Source: a virus (Duplodnaviria > Heunggongvirae > Uroviricota > Caudoviricetes). From it: a stretch of DNA of 64,000 nt. Below the pieces are notes generated by a model that saw nothing but the letters and a program-made list of their open reading frames with translations, did no database searches and had not been told where the DNA came from. The translations under genes were made by a program, and so were the position numbers. Shown one piece after another: positions 18,193 to 27,685 of the stretch (position 1 is the first letter of the stretch; every line of letters starts with the position of its first letter). Location of the stretch: the IMG/VR virus record IMGVR_UViG_3300027673_000001, positions 82,759 to 146,758 of that record, one strand, 5' to 3'.

Positions 18193-18396
18193 TTATGCTC
18201 CTATCATTTCCCGTACTGCATCAAACTTCGTCGATGCAGGAATCCACTTGAACTGCTCCCGTTTCCGGTTCGCCTTCTCCCAGTCCATGTTGATCATGAA
18301 CCAACCTTCTTCGGAGCTAAAGGAAACCTTCGAGGCAAACTTGACGATGTGTACCCATCGTCCCTCGTGCTTTGCTATTGTGTAGGTCATCTTCAA
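18193..18396 (-). CDS. hypothetical protein
   Basis: 67-aa ORF with promoter 18413..18441 upstream. Confidence 0.4.
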   Translation of the reverse strand: MKMTYTIAKHEGRWVHIVKFASKVSFSSEEGWFMINMDWEKANRKREQFKWIPASTKFDAVREMIGA

Positions 18397-18412
18397 CTCC
18401 TAGTATGCTACT

Positions 18413-18441
18413 ATTATAGCACAGGGTTGAATAAAATTCAA
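18413..18441 (-). promoter_or_regulatory. consensus early promoter TTGAAT-N17-TATAAT
   Basis: ctattatagcacagggttgaataaaattcaag. Confidence 0.6.
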
Positions 18442-18523
18442 GAGTCCCGGGGGAGCCCCTTATAGGGAGAAGAGCATGAACGCCACAAAAACCATGTAGA
18501 AGTAGATCAGGAAGAAGAACATA

Positions 18524-18706
18524 TCAGAAAGCGATCAGGAAGGCAATGGAGATGAGGGTCAGGAAGATTGCGGATCGATGAAACTCAAAACGCCCATTGC
18601 TTGTGAGTACCACCACAAGGGCACTCAGAGTAAAGTAACCCAACCATACCCAGCTGAGGGTGGTGAGGAAAGTGATTAGTTCGTTCATAGTAATTCCATC
18701 CAGCAA
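18524..18706 (-). CDS. small membrane protein
   Basis: 60 aa, two TM. Confidence 0.35.
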   Translation of the reverse strand: MLDGITMNELITFLTTLSWVWLGYFTLSALVVVLTSNGRFEFHRSAIFLTLISIAFLIAF

Positions 18707-18854
18707 ATGATTCTAAAGACGGCTGCGATAAACCCCACAACCAAGATAAGCCCAATCACGAAAACCGGGACAAAATAGGTCAAGACACTGAGCAGAAAGA
18801 CAAGGAAAGCAAAAGAGACCTTAACACTCAGGGGCATATTCTTAAGGATGTTTT

Positions 18855-19040
18855 TCATTTTTCAACACAGACAAAGTCAATACTCTTCACCGTACCCCGG
18901 GACATGGTGACTGCTGCTTTACCAGCTGCCTCGCATCGGGCTTTCGTTGTGAACTCCGCCGTAGTCAGGGCATTGGAGTTACCATCACCCATGGACCCTA
19001 CGTGAGCAAATATGATTAGGATAAACGCAGCCATTTTCAA
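18855..19040 (-). CDS. small secreted protein
   Basis: 61 aa with signal peptide. Confidence 0.35.
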   Translation of the reverse strand: MKMAAFILIIFAHVGSMGDGNSNALTTAEFTTKARCEAAGKAAVTMSRGTVKSIDFVCVEK

Positions 19041-19053
19041 TTTCCTCTTTCTG

Positions 19054-19425
19054 TTACAGTAGTTTCAGTAGCTTTCGCTCTTCCTGGGTAAGTTTCCCCA
19101 GGGCAGCAGTACGAGCCATTTCCATACGCTCGGCTTCTGCCATTACAGATTCCTTGAGCCCAACGCTCCACAAAAGAGTAGCCAGGGCCTGCTCGTTTTC
19201 CCGAGTATAGGTAGGCCCCATGGGCGGGGGAAGCACGTCATAACGATTATCCCGGTCCTCCAGCTGGAACTTTCCATCCCGAACAGTCAGTTCGAAGTTT
19301 GCCTTCTGGGCTCTCTCCAGTGTTTGCATAAGGCGCTGGGTATAGGTTGCTGCCGCCTCGGCTTCCTGGGCTAGAAGCTCTGCATTCAAACGCTCCTGGC
19401 GCTGTTCCTTAGTTTCCCGGGCCAT
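19054..19425 (-). CDS. hypothetical coiled-coil protein
   Basis: 123-aa ORF. Confidence 0.4.
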   Translation of the reverse strand: MARETKEQRQERLNAELLAQEAEAAATYTQRLMQTLERAQKANFELTVRDGKFQLEDRDNRYDVLPPPMGPTYTRENEQALATLLWSVGLKESVMAEAERMEMARTAALGKLTQEERKLLKLL

Positions 19426-19429
19426 TTTT

Positions 19430-19648
19430 TTAGACTCCTTGTTTGGTCAGCAGATAGTCGAGCATTTCCTCGACCCTTGCATCGTCATCGAGTTTTTCAA
19501 TAACGGGGTTGACTTTCTCGATGAACTTGTCAATGCGAGCTCGGTGTTCATCCGTCAGCCTACCCATCTTATGTGTTGCCCTTGCGTAGTGCTCCAGGGC
19601 ATAAAGGGCATTGACTGCGTCAATATTGGGGATGTCTTCGATCTTCAT
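19430..19648 (-). CDS. hypothetical protein
   Basis: 72-aa ORF. Confidence 0.35.
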   Translation of the reverse strand: MKIEDIPNIDAVNALYALEHYARATHKMGRLTDEHRARIDKFIEKVNPVIEKLDDDARVEEMLDYLLTKQGV

Positions 19649-19660
19649 TTCTGTTTTCCT

Positions 19661-19888
19661 TTAGTCAAAACGATGAGCCCATAGCCTCTCATAGTATTGG
19701 TCCATTAGCTTCCGGCAGATTGGGTCCTTCATCAGTTTATTGATCTTGCTCTGGGCGTATTCTACCAGGAACTGCTCATCTTCTTCGGAGAGCTCCATCT
19801 GGTCTTCCGTCAGTTTGGTTCCTGCAAAGTATCCACTCTTGATTTCCAGGAGCATCTCGTATTTTTGATTTATCTGGTAGGGGGTCAT
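19661..19888 (-). CDS. hypothetical protein
   Basis: 75-aa ORF; promoter-like element upstream at ~19900-19945. Confidence 0.4.
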   Translation of the reverse strand: MTPYQINQKYEMLLEIKSGYFAGTKLTEDQMELSEEDEQFLVEYAQSKINKLMKDPICRKLMDQYYERLWAHRFD

Positions 19889-19943
19889 TCTCTATATTCT
19901 TTCCTTGCTATGTCTATATTATAGCGGAATCTTGAATAAAAAT

Positions 19944-20171
19944 CTACTTCCTACCGAGCTTCGACACAGCTTCGGCCTTCGACTGGACAAGCAAGCCCAG
20001 GAAGTGCCTATAAGTTCTAACCCTCATTTCGGCGAACTTATCATTGGGGTTGAGTTCGAGGGACTTTTCTGCTTCCTCTAGCTTCAAGGAAAGATGTGCC
20101 TCCTCTTTTCTATGACGCTCTATATCTTCGTTTACGCCCCTGGCTTCCTGCCAGAAATACCTGGCTACCAT
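19944..20171 (-). CDS. hypothetical protein
   Basis: 75-aa ORF. Confidence 0.35.
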   Translation of the reverse strand: MVARYFWQEARGVNEDIERHRKEEAHLSLKLEEAEKSLELNPNDKFAEMRVRTYRHFLGLLVQSKAEAVSKLGRK

Positions 20172-20485
20172 GAGATGATATACCCATAGTTCCTTACTAG
20201 TAAGGGGTCCTTCTCTTCCTCAAGGGCTCTCGGAACATACGGATCCCCGTAGTATGCCACTGTAGCTTTGTAACCGAGGGCATAGAGCTTGTTCAGGACT
20301 CGACCCATTTGGGGCGTGGTTTCCAGTCTCTTCCAAGTTTCCTGGGCATCTAGTAGAATAGACACTGTGCTCTTACCTTCCATGGCGGCCGCCATGATTG
20401 CAGGTTCTATTGAGACATTCAGGAAGGTCTCTGCTTCCCTATCCGCGTAATCGAATAACTCCCGAGCTTCTTTTGCTGATATCAT
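20165..20485 (-). CDS. hypothetical protein
   Basis: 106-aa ORF. Confidence 0.4.
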   Translation of the reverse strand: MISAKEARELFDYADREAETFLNVSIEPAIMAAAMEGKSTVSILLDAQETWKRLETTPQMGRVLNKLYALGYKATVAYYGDPYVPRALEEEKDPLLVRNYGYIISW

Positions 20486-20775
20486 TGTCTCGCCCCTCCC
20501 AACATCTTGTTCAGAATTTTCCCATCGGCATCACCGTTGCTCTTGATCTTCAGGCTAATGCTTTCGCCGTAACATATCCAACCTTCTGAGGAATGATATA
20601 CACAGAACCCAGCGCCGCTGATCTTCTCCTTACCACCGAACATATTGTATGCCACATCTACATGAGCGAGCGTTTCGGGGAACACAACGGGGGTCATATC
20701 GTCATGAATGATGTATTTTGCTTGATAGAACATCTTATACCTTGAGTGAAAGGAACTCTTCTTCGGTAATTCCAC
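20482..20775 (-). CDS. hypothetical protein
   Basis: 97-aa ORF. Confidence 0.4.
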   Translation of the reverse strand: MELPKKSSFHSRYKMFYQAKYIIHDDMTPVVFPETLAHVDVAYNMFGGKEKISGAGFCVYHSSEGWICYGESISLKIKSNGDADGKILNKMLGGARQ

Positions 20776-20998
20776 TGAAATCCAGGGGTTTGGTGTATTG
20801 GTCAGTCACGCACCATATAACCCTGCCGTCAACCATCTTGCCAACTCGACGAGTATAGCCCGAGTCTGCCATGCTTGCGAACATGCCGTCCTCCCGCTCA
20901 TATCGATCTACTGCCCAGTTGTCCATTCTGGGGTACTTGGGCTCGATGTAGTTCCTACGGTCAGAGATCTTTCGGTAGACTTCCTCGAACTTAGACAT
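20735..20998 (-). CDS. hypothetical protein
   Basis: 87-aa ORF; promoter-like element upstream at ~21010-21050. Confidence 0.4.
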   Translation of the reverse strand: MSKFEEVYRKISDRRNYIEPKYPRMDNWAVDRYEREDGMFASMADSGYTRRVGKMVDGRVIWCVTDQYTKPLDFSGITEEEFLSLKV

Positions 20999-21177
20999 TT
21001 TCTACTCCTTGTTTCGCTATGTCTCTATTATAAAGGAACCTTGAATAAAAATCTAGGCCTGTTTCTGGAGAGAAAGATACCGGTGGTAGAGCCCAAGTAT
21101 TAGGCTCCAGTCCCGGGAAGGGCCACAGTTCAGGATGCTTCTATAGTAAAGCACCTGGCTGTCGATGAACTCCCTAC

Positions 21178-21468
21178 TCATGAGTTCCTTACCTCAGTGA
21201 TAAAGATATCTTCGAATTCGTCATAGGATCCAATAACGTCATAGAATATATTTTTGAGTACCTTTTCTGCTTGTTTGAAGTCCCCGGGATGATTCTTGAG
21301 ATGGTTTCTGCAGGAGAGGGAGAGATGAGTCAAACCAATCTGTTCGAGAATCTCCATAACCACGTCCAGGACATACTCAATCTGCTCAACCGTGTCAGAG
21401 GCATAAACCTCAATGTCACCGTGGCTTTTCCAAACTACTACTTTCATTCGAACTCCACCCCCACGCAA
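21178..21468 (-). CDS. hypothetical protein
   Basis: 96-aa ORF. Confidence 0.35.
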   Translation of the reverse strand: MRGGGVRMKVVVWKSHGDIEVYASDTVEQIEYVLDVVMEILEQIGLTHLSLSCRNHLKNHPGDFKQAEKVLKNIFYDVIGSYDEFEDIFITEVRNS

Positions 21469-21881
21469 TACTTTTCCCGGTAAGCCCTATACATCTTGTA
21501 GGCATTGCTGTCCCGGTCTAGTTTGTCTGGGGACGCCATGGACTTGATTTTTTCAAGGAGTAGGATTGATACGAATGCAATTGCCCCTATAGCCATGATA
21601 AAGAAAGACACCATGAGCCATTCTGAGGGTTGGATGTATGTCATATTGACTGCCATCCATGTAAGCCACACCAAAATAGGCGAAGCGATTACTGCCAGAA
21701 GAAAGGCAGAGACAGCCACACCAAATATGATTACCATTAGACCCCTAAGCATTATACCTAAGGCATTGCACATATTGTCTGCATTGTAGTTGATGGTGTT
21801 TACCGTCTCTCCACCATAGGTAGTCATAAGCCTCACGGGGAGACCACCGAAGAACGTTGACTTTGTTTTGAACTTGATCAT
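21444..21881 (-). CDS. integral membrane protein
   Basis: 145 aa with three to four hydrophobic helices. Confidence 0.4.
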   Translation of the reverse strand: MIKFKTKSTFFGGLPVRLMTTYGGETVNTINYNADNMCNALGIMLRGLMVIIFGVAVSAFLLAVIASPILVWLTWMAVNMTYIQPSEWLMVSFFIMAIGAIAFVSILLLEKIKSMASPDKLDRDSNAYKMYRAYREKYCVGVEFE

Positions 21882-21900
21882 TTTGATTCCTTTCAGAATT

Positions 21901-22158
21901 TTAACTTATGGACAGGGAAACCAATCTCTCCGCAATCTCCCGGGAAAATCTTCGGGCGGTTTCTTTAACGGTTTTCTCATTTCCCTTGACGTTATGGATC
22001 ATCATCCATAGGTCCGCATCTTCTTCGCAATGCTCAATCCACTTGCGCCATGTGAAATTGGGTCCACGGTTCTTGGGGTTGGAGAACATGGCAAACCCCG
22101 CAGACACGTTGGCGTAGCAGATGTTGGCGATTTCAAGACTTTTCTTTTCACTAATCAT
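21901..22158 (-). CDS. hypothetical protein
   Basis: 85-aa ORF. Confidence 0.35.
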   Translation of the reverse strand: MISEKKSLEIANICYANVSAGFAMFSNPKNRGPNFTWRKWIEHCEEDADLWMMIHNVKGNEKTVKETARRFSREIAERLVSLSIS

Positions 22159-22166
22159 TGTGTCTC

Positions 22167-22427
22167 CTACCCATAATGGGAATGAGTAACCTCCTTGATT
22201 GTCCTAGTCTTCCCACAGACTTTGCATTGAGACCAGTACTTTGTGAACGCCTTATCATAGTAGCTCCCTGAGTAATACGTTTCCTTGTCTTCTCTTTCAA
22301 CGCAAGGGCAGTCAATAAGGAGCTCATTCAGATCATCTTCTGCTTCGTCGAGAGCCTTTTTCGACTTTTCAACAGAGGATTTCAGGAAAGCAACTCTTTT
22401 CTTGAATTCTTCGTATGAATCCATCAT
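22167..22427 (-). CDS. hypothetical Zn-ribbon protein
   Basis: CPCVE ... CKVCGK cysteine pairs. Confidence 0.4.
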   Translation of the reverse strand: MMDSYEEFKKRVAFLKSSVEKSKKALDEAEDDLNELLIDCPCVEREDKETYYSGSYYDKAFTKYWSQCKVCGKTRTIKEVTHSHYG

Positions 22428-22783
22428 GAAGTTCCTTTCTTCTCAAACTTCTTCTTCAGGCGTTCATACTCTGTGCGTTCCTTTTCCTCTTTCTTTTCTT
22501 TTTCGGAATCCTCCCGGGCCCGGCGGATAGCAAGTGCCGCCATGCGCTTCTTGTATTCCTTTTCAGTCTCGAGACGGCTCTCCCAGAGCTCTAGTTCCTT
22601 TCCGCCATCATATCCATAGTAGTCCACAACGAAGTAAACATTTCGACCACTGAATCTTTCTATGAGGTAATCCATATGTTCCTTGACTTCCTGGGGTGTT
22701 TTCCCATCCAGAACACTATAGAAACATTCGTCTTGCACTTTCGAACCGATTACCTTATACTCAGTTTCTTTATCTTTTTTCAT
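22424..22783 (-). CDS. hypothetical charged protein
   Basis: 119 aa, KE-rich C-terminus. Confidence 0.4.
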   Translation of the reverse strand: MKKDKETEYKVIGSKVQDECFYSVLDGKTPQEVKEHMDYLIERFSGRNVYFVVDYYGYDGGKELELWESRLETEKEYKKRMAALAIRRAREDSEKEKKEEKERTEYERLKKKFEKKGTS

Positions 22784-22792
22784 TACTTTTCC

Positions 22793-23020
22793 TTAGGTCT
22801 TCACACCAAAGTGATCCATGATTAGCTTGCTGATCGCCACGTCATCGTCAATAGAGCATCCAATAGCTCCCCGGAAGTTGATGGAAGAGCATTCCTTGAC
22901 GATCAGTTCGGCGAACTTGTCCGCATCCAGACGTATGAAATTTTCTGGTTCACCAAAAGCACCATGGCTTCTCTCAACAACCATGGCCTGCTGCTTCAGT
23001 TTTTCAATTCTTTTGTTCAT
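22793..23020 (-). CDS. small early protein, third member of KFAELIVxEC paralogue family
   Basis: MNKRIEKLKQQ..KFAELIVKECSS..HFGVKT. Confidence 0.45.
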   Translation of the reverse strand: MNKRIEKLKQQAMVVERSHGAFGEPENFIRLDADKFAELIVKECSSINFRGAIGCSIDDDVAISKLIMDHFGVKT

Positions 23021-23418
23021 ACTTCCCTCAGGTACTTCTTGATTTCCACTGCGAACTTCTCGTCGTCACGAACATCACTCTCGATACTGAGATACACAGA
23101 GTACTTCGGTGAATACTGGCCGGCTTCCTTGGCTGTGAACATATCACGGTTGCCGCTCAGGGGGCTTCCATTGCGACCCCTAAGTTGTTCCTGTGTCAGG
23201 GACGCTGTATGGATGTTGGGGTAGAAAGATTCCTTGAAGTACTTCTCGTTATATTCCTCGAACTCCTTGAAGTCAAAGTAGAGCTGGTAACAATCAGTTT
23301 TGGCGTCCCACTCAATGTCCGTCAACCAGGCAATCATACCTTTTTCGACGAAGTCGTCTTCGAAGATGGGTTTGATGAACTGTACTTTAAGGGCGCTAAT
23401 CATGTTGACTGTAATCAT
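23017..23418 (-). CDS. hypothetical protein
   Basis: Internal ATG at 23418 overlapping stop of upstream gene; removes 85-nt overlap of track ORF. Confidence 0.4.
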   Translation of the reverse strand: MITVNMISALKVQFIKPIFEDDFVEKGMIAWLTDIEWDAKTDCYQLYFDFKEFEEYNEKYFKESFYPNIHTASLTQEQLRGRNGSPLSGNRDMFTAKEAGQYSPKYSVYLSIESDVRDDEKFAVEIKKYLREV

Positions 23419-23798
23419 TATGCCGATTCCTTTACTGCCTTGGCGTTCTTGAGAGCTTCGAGAGCGATCTCGAGGTTTTCGAGATCCCGGGATTTTGCGC
23501 ACTCCTGAACAGTCCCCCAGAGAGCGTGAATTTGGTTTTCGATGAGTTTCTTCTTCTCGCTCTCGAAGATTTGTTCCTGAGAGACGATATAAGGGCTCCA
23601 GCCAGGGTGCTTTTTGTAGAAGCTGGTGTCCTCGATGTTCTTCGAAGCCACGAAAGTCCGAATGTAAGAGTCGCCAATCCGTGAAACTGTAACACGGGTC
23701 TTGGTGGTTTTGATTACCTCATAGAGGCCCTGGGAGTAGCCCTGATTGCAAACCACACCAACTACGTCGCCTACCACCAATGTCGTTACATTCACCAT
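23418..23798 (-). CDS. hypothetical protein
   Basis: 126 aa; promoter-like element at ~23810-23860. Confidence 0.4.
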   Translation of the reverse strand: MVNVTTLVVGDVVGVVCNQGYSQGLYEVIKTTKTRVTVSRIGDSYIRTFVASKNIEDTSFYKKHPGWSPYIVSQEQIFESEKKKLIENQIHALWGTVQECAKSRDLENLEIALEALKNAKAVKESA

Positions 23799-23854
23799 TT
23801 CGTGTACCTCTTGTTTCGCTATGTCTCTATTATACGGCAGGCTTGAATAAATGT

Positions 23855-24250
23855 CTACCAGTCGATTTTGATGAGGTAGTCACCGGCAGGGAGGATGCCT
23901 CTCCTGTTTAGATCATTCGCCAGTGTTTCGAGATTCGGGTAGAAGTTCCTATGCCAGAAAATCTCTGTGTAGAAATCTTCTAGATTCGGTTGGGGCATTT
24001 TAGGGGGTTGTTTGGGGTCTCTTTCTAGCCAGGCATTGAAAGAAACGCCCATTTCATCACCATTAACGACTTCTGGAATCGTGTCGTTTTCAAAATCTTC
24101 TGGTTCACACGGAACGCTAATTTCGATTGAACCTCGTTCCATGCAACCATTTTGCTGCTGTAGGCAATAGGGTCGACCGTAAGTTTGAACTACGAGTTCG
24201 TCCCAATCGTAGCAATCAATCACTTTCATTTGATGAAAGAACACAGGCAT
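23855..24250 (-). CDS. hypothetical protein
   Basis: 131-aa ORF. Confidence 0.4.
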   Translation of the reverse strand: MPVFFHQMKVIDCYDWDELVVQTYGRPYCLQQQNGCMERGSIEISVPCEPEDFENDTIPEVVNGDEMGVSFNAWLERDPKQPPKMPQPNLEDFYTEIFWHRNFYPNLETLANDLNRRGILPAGDYLIKIDW

Positions 24251-24260
24251 AATTATCTCC

Positions 24261-24557
24261 TTAGGGGTTTTGAGCCATGTTCAGCTGTATGTCGAATCCA
24301 TTCCAGAAACCAGAATGACCAACACAGGCTCCCATGATAGGGCCGCCATACTTTCGTGCATCCTCCAGGGATTTGAGGCTTTCTTGAAGGGCCTTGTTGA
24401 AATCCATGAAATCACCAACACCGGCTCGAATCATTCCGGCTGTCGTATAGAAACAAGTCCGACCGCTTATGACCCGAAACCTAGTGCCTTTGGTGAACTT
24501 CTTAACTTTGTTCATGACAAATCCTTGTTGTGCTATGTGTCTAGTATAGCACAACAA
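24261..24557 (-). CDS. hypothetical protein
   Basis: 98-aa ORF. Confidence 0.4.
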   Translation of the reverse strand: MLCYTRHIAQQGFVMNKVKKFTKGTRFRVISGRTCFYTTAGMIRAGVGDFMDFNKALQESLKSLEDARKYGGPIMGACVGHSGFWNGFDIQLNMAQNP

Positions 24558-24576
24558 GGATTAAATTTCAAGAGGT

Positions 24577-25005
24577 TTAGTCTTTCTTGGGTATCGCGCT
24601 CATGCAAGCCTCTGCCGCTTCTCTGAGGTCCTTGTCAATTTTGTCTGCGTCCTCTTCAGAGAGTATGGTGTGGGAATCTATAGCTAGCAATGCGTTGATG
24701 GCATCCCTTGCTTTATGAAGGACATCAAAGACTGCTCTATTTGGGTATAGAAAAACCGGGAGGATGCTGATTGCAGTGTCTGGGTATATACCGGCCCGCT
24801 CTTTGCTGAATTGCCATTCATAAGGACCTTTGGTTGTATGTTGGCTTACCCAGCCATATGGCTCTGTGCTCGACAGCAGATCTTTCCATTGCTGGTCTCG
24901 TAGGTCAACTAAGGCGTTGCTAAATTGCTCCCAAGTCTGCCAGTTAGACTTTGCGGTTTCGTAAAGTGCCCTGATTTCTTTACTTGTTGGTTTCTGGGGT
25001 ATCAT
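24577..25005 (-). CDS. hypothetical protein (paralogue of 25382..25828)
   Basis: Shares DLRDQQW(K/R)(D/E)(L/M)L and W..Q segments with 25382..25828. Confidence 0.4.
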   Translation of the reverse strand: MIPQKPTSKEIRALYETAKSNWQTWEQFSNALVDLRDQQWKDLLSSTEPYGWVSQHTTKGPYEWQFSKERAGIYPDTAISILPVFLYPNRAVFDVLHKARDAINALLAIDSHTILSEEDADKIDKDLREAAEACMSAIPKKD

Positions 25006-25008
25006 GAT

Positions 25009-25389
25009 TTATCCTTTATTGACGGTTGCGACTTTGCCACCAAGACAACCTTGCGCTTGAACATACGGAGCATCTTTAAAAACTTCAAGCAGCTCAAGGG
25101 CGCATTTCTGTTCTGCGGCGATTAGTACTTCCCTCACAACACAAACAGCTTGGTCTTCTGTTGTTTCGCCTTCAGCAAATAGTTGAAGAGCCTCATCTAC
25201 TTCCGGTTCGTTAGCTATGCGAAGGCAGTCGTTCCATTCATACTTCCCTGAAACCAAGGCCTGCTCTATAGACTCTCTCAGAGACTCATACATCTCGGCA
25301 GTTTTGGTGTTGTATGCTTTGGACCCTTGGGTATGACGTAGCTCGGCATAGTTGTCAACCAAACCCATTATCTGTTCTAATTTATTCAT
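25009..25389 (-). CDS. hypothetical protein
   Basis: 126-aa ORF. Confidence 0.4.
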   Translation of the reverse strand: MNKLEQIMGLVDNYAELRHTQGSKAYNTKTAEMYESLRESIEQALVSGKYEWNDCLRIANEPEVDEALQLFAEGETTEDQAVCVVREVLIAAEQKCALELLEVFKDAPYVQAQGCLGGKVATVNKG

Positions 25390-25828
25390 CGTCGTTCCTT
25401 GTTTCCTTAGTGACGTCTATCTTTGTCCTGGCGGCATCCCATTTAGCCAGAACTGCTTCGCCGCCAGGGAGCTCTTTCAACCCTTCAATCAGGATATTGG
25501 TGCAGGGGTGGTATGTGGGTTTGGCTTCCAAAGGTTTTGGGAGAGGGATGGGTTTAGTGTAGACCATACGGGAACCAAGATGGGGTTCAATCAGTAGTTT
25601 TTCATAAAGATCTTTGTCGACATCAACCCAGGAAAGAGATGGATCTAGAGGATTCAGTACGCAAACTTGATACACTGGTTCCTGTCCCGCCAGCATCTCC
25701 CGCCACTGCTGGTCGCGTAGGTCGGCTATGGAGTGGGCAATGTACATTCCGCAGTTGTAGCTGTGCTTCTGCATAATTGCGTCACACACCTCATCTATCT
25801 TTTCTTCTGTGAGCTTCGGCGGGGTCAT
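25382..25828 (-). CDS. hypothetical protein (paralogue of 24577..25005)
   Basis: 148-aa ORF. Confidence 0.4.
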   Translation of the reverse strand: MTPPKLTEEKIDEVCDAIMQKHSYNCGMYIAHSIADLRDQQWREMLAGQEPVYQVCVLNPLDPSLSWVDVDKDLYEKLLIEPHLGSRMVYTKPIPLPKPLEAKPTYHPCTNILIEGLKELPGGEAVLAKWDAARTKIDVTKETRNDDE

Positions 25829-26790
25829 GCTGCACCCCCGTTCTTCTCGCGGAGCTTGGCTTCGATGATGTGATAGATCATTTGCGCGGCACCCATCTGT
25901 ACACCAGCCTGCAAAGCAGCGTCATATATCTCGCTGTATTCAAACCCCACCCACTCCCGCTGGGCTGTGGGCTGGGGTGCGGCGTTGAGCAGGGCATCAA
26001 TCATCATGTCGCGCAGCGAACCCTTACTGGCGACTGGCACCCGCGCCTCTTGGGCTGGGGGCTGGGGTGCGGCTGTCGCTGGTTTTCCGCAGTGCGGGCA
26101 GTGGGAAACCCAAAGCTCCACATCGTTTTGCAGCAGTGCAGCGCAGTCGTGTTGCCACTTGGACGTCGTCCAGCTTACTTTGACTTCTTGGGCTGGGGGC
26201 TCGGGTGCGCTGGCACTCAGATGCTGGTCGTCCTCTGCTGCCACGAGCGCAACCCACCGCCCGTCAAGCTCTTTCCAGTTCCAAAAGCAATTGACCCTGC
26301 CAGCATCATCTAAGCTCAGTTTGAACCGTGTGCCGTTAGCCAGATACTGCACAGGCACCCGCGCCTCTTGGGCTGGGGGCTGGGGTGAGAATTTCTTGCA
26401 GGGAAACGGAAGAACATCTTCATGAACCAATTCTGCGGCGCTGGCATTATCAAGCGCCTTGATTACAGACTCGTCATCGAACCGACCTGCCTCTTGCGCA
26501 AGTACCCCAATGACTTGGTAGCATTCAGCCAAGATGCGTGTCAGGTGCTGGTCTTGAGGCTTGGATGTTATATTGGCGCGACAGCAATTAGACGTTTCAC
26601 ACCCGGCTGGCGACCCACAATGACCTAGTACGCAATTGCCATCCCACGTCACCGACACCCGCGCACTCAGCGCCTGCTCTATGGCGGCGCGGAGGGCATC
26701 CATTGCCGCATCGTGCTCTTTCCACCGCGGTGGCCCGAAGGTCGCGCAGGCGTGCTCTGCCAACTCCATGATTCGATCTACTTCAGTCAT
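25825..26790 (-). CDS. GC-rich Cys-containing protein with repeated PQPPAQEARVPV linker motifs
   Basis: 321-aa ORF; visibly higher GC than neighbours; ~35-bp DNA direct repeats (TCTTGGGCTGGGGGCTGGGGTG) encode the repeated peptide; + strand ORFs here are GC artefacts. Confidence 0.45.
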   Translation of the reverse strand: MTEVDRIMELAEHACATFGPPRWKEHDAAMDALRAAIEQALSARVSVTWDGNCVLGHCGSPAGCETSNCCRANITSKPQDQHLTRILAECYQVIGVLAQEAGRFDDESVIKALDNASAAELVHEDVLPFPCKKFSPQPPAQEARVPVQYLANGTRFKLSLDDAGRVNCFWNWKELDGRWVALVAAEDDQHLSASAPEPPAQEVKVSWTTSKWQHDCAALLQNDVELWVSHCPHCGKPATAAPQPPAQEARVPVASKGSLRDMMIDALLNAAPQPTAQREWVGFEYSEIYDAALQAGVQMGAAQMIYHIIEAKLREKNGGAA

Positions 26791-26980
26791 ATGTGTCCTT
26801 TGAATGAATGAACATGAGCTTCTGCTCTAGTTCCTTGATTTTCCGGTCTCTCCAGGCGAGCTGCTCTGCGATTTCACTCTTACCATTCAACCCAAATCGG
26901 GTCATGGAGTCCATATGGAAAGCGAATTCAGAGGCAAAATCTTCAGGGTCTACGTTTGGGTAGGGGCAATCTTGATTCAT
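26783..26980 (-). CDS. hypothetical protein
   Basis: 65-aa ORF. Confidence 0.35.
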   Translation of the reverse strand: MNQDCPYPNVDPEDFASEFAFHMDSMTRFGLNGKSEIAEQLAWRDRKIKELEQKLMFIHSKDTYD

Positions 26981-26983
26981 GAT

Positions 26984-27334
26984 TTAACGATGTCGAGCTG
27001 CGCCAACTCGATCTTCTTTGGTCCAATGATACTTCTCCCCGTCAGGGAGAATTCCGTCAACAACCCCAGACACGCCAGCCTTGCCGACCATATTGGGATC
27101 TTCTGAAACCATCGTGACAAAGGAACGACCCATATCACGCAAGTCCTTGCACATAGTCAAAGCCTCATTTAGAGATCCTACATCTTTGTAGTAGGCCATT
27201 TCTTCATTGGTCCCAAACTTAGGACCCATCCAATACACCTTAAACATAGGTATTATCACTTTTTGAATTGTCATTTGTTGTTCACGTGTCCTGGTACGTT
27301 GAACCCCTCGCACTGCCCAACAGGCTTGATGCAA
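26984..27334 (-). CDS. hypothetical protein
   Basis: 116-aa ORF. Confidence 0.4.
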   Translation of the reverse strand: MHQACWAVRGVQRTRTREQQMTIQKVIIPMFKVYWMGPKFGTNEEMAYYKDVGSLNEALTMCKDLRDMGRSFVTMVSEDPNMVGKAGVSGVVDGILPDGEKYHWTKEDRVGAARHR

Positions 27335-27421
27335 ACGTGGTAGTCAAGGGAGCCTATGGAACCGAGAATGTGCATACTAAGGTGGAAGGCGCCGACGATG
27401 GCGAGGAAAGTTTTCATGCGC

Positions 27422-27685
27422 TTAGAATGTGTCAAAGATAACCATGTGGTCGACGGTCTTCATATCAAAAACGGGGCGGTATATCATCTGCATTCCGTCC
27501 CATTGGTCCTGACAGAACAAAGGGTCTCCTGGCTGTACTGGGATGAACTTTACTCTGGCTCCAGTGACGTGGCTCTCAACTTCAAAAGAAGGAGGCTTGC
27601 CAAAGTACTCACTGGAAAGTGTCAGCTTCTTCTTTTGCTTGTCGTAATCACAAAGTTTCAAGGAAACCAAATATTCCTTTTTCAT
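27422..27685 (-). CDS. hypothetical protein
   Basis: 87-aa ORF; promoter-like element at ~27690-27740. Confidence 0.4.
   Translation of the reverse strand: MKKEYLVSLKLCDYDKQKKKLTLSSEYFGKPPSFEVESHVTGARVKFIPVQPGDPLFCQDQWDGMQMIYRPVFDMKTVDHMVIFDTF

Noticed and set aside
25870-26425. Two overlapping + strand ORFs (147 and 152 aa) rich in G/A/W/R
   Set aside because: Artefacts of the GC-rich repeat region of the minus-strand gene 25825-26790. The same repeats give Pro/Gly/Ala-rich translations in every frame.
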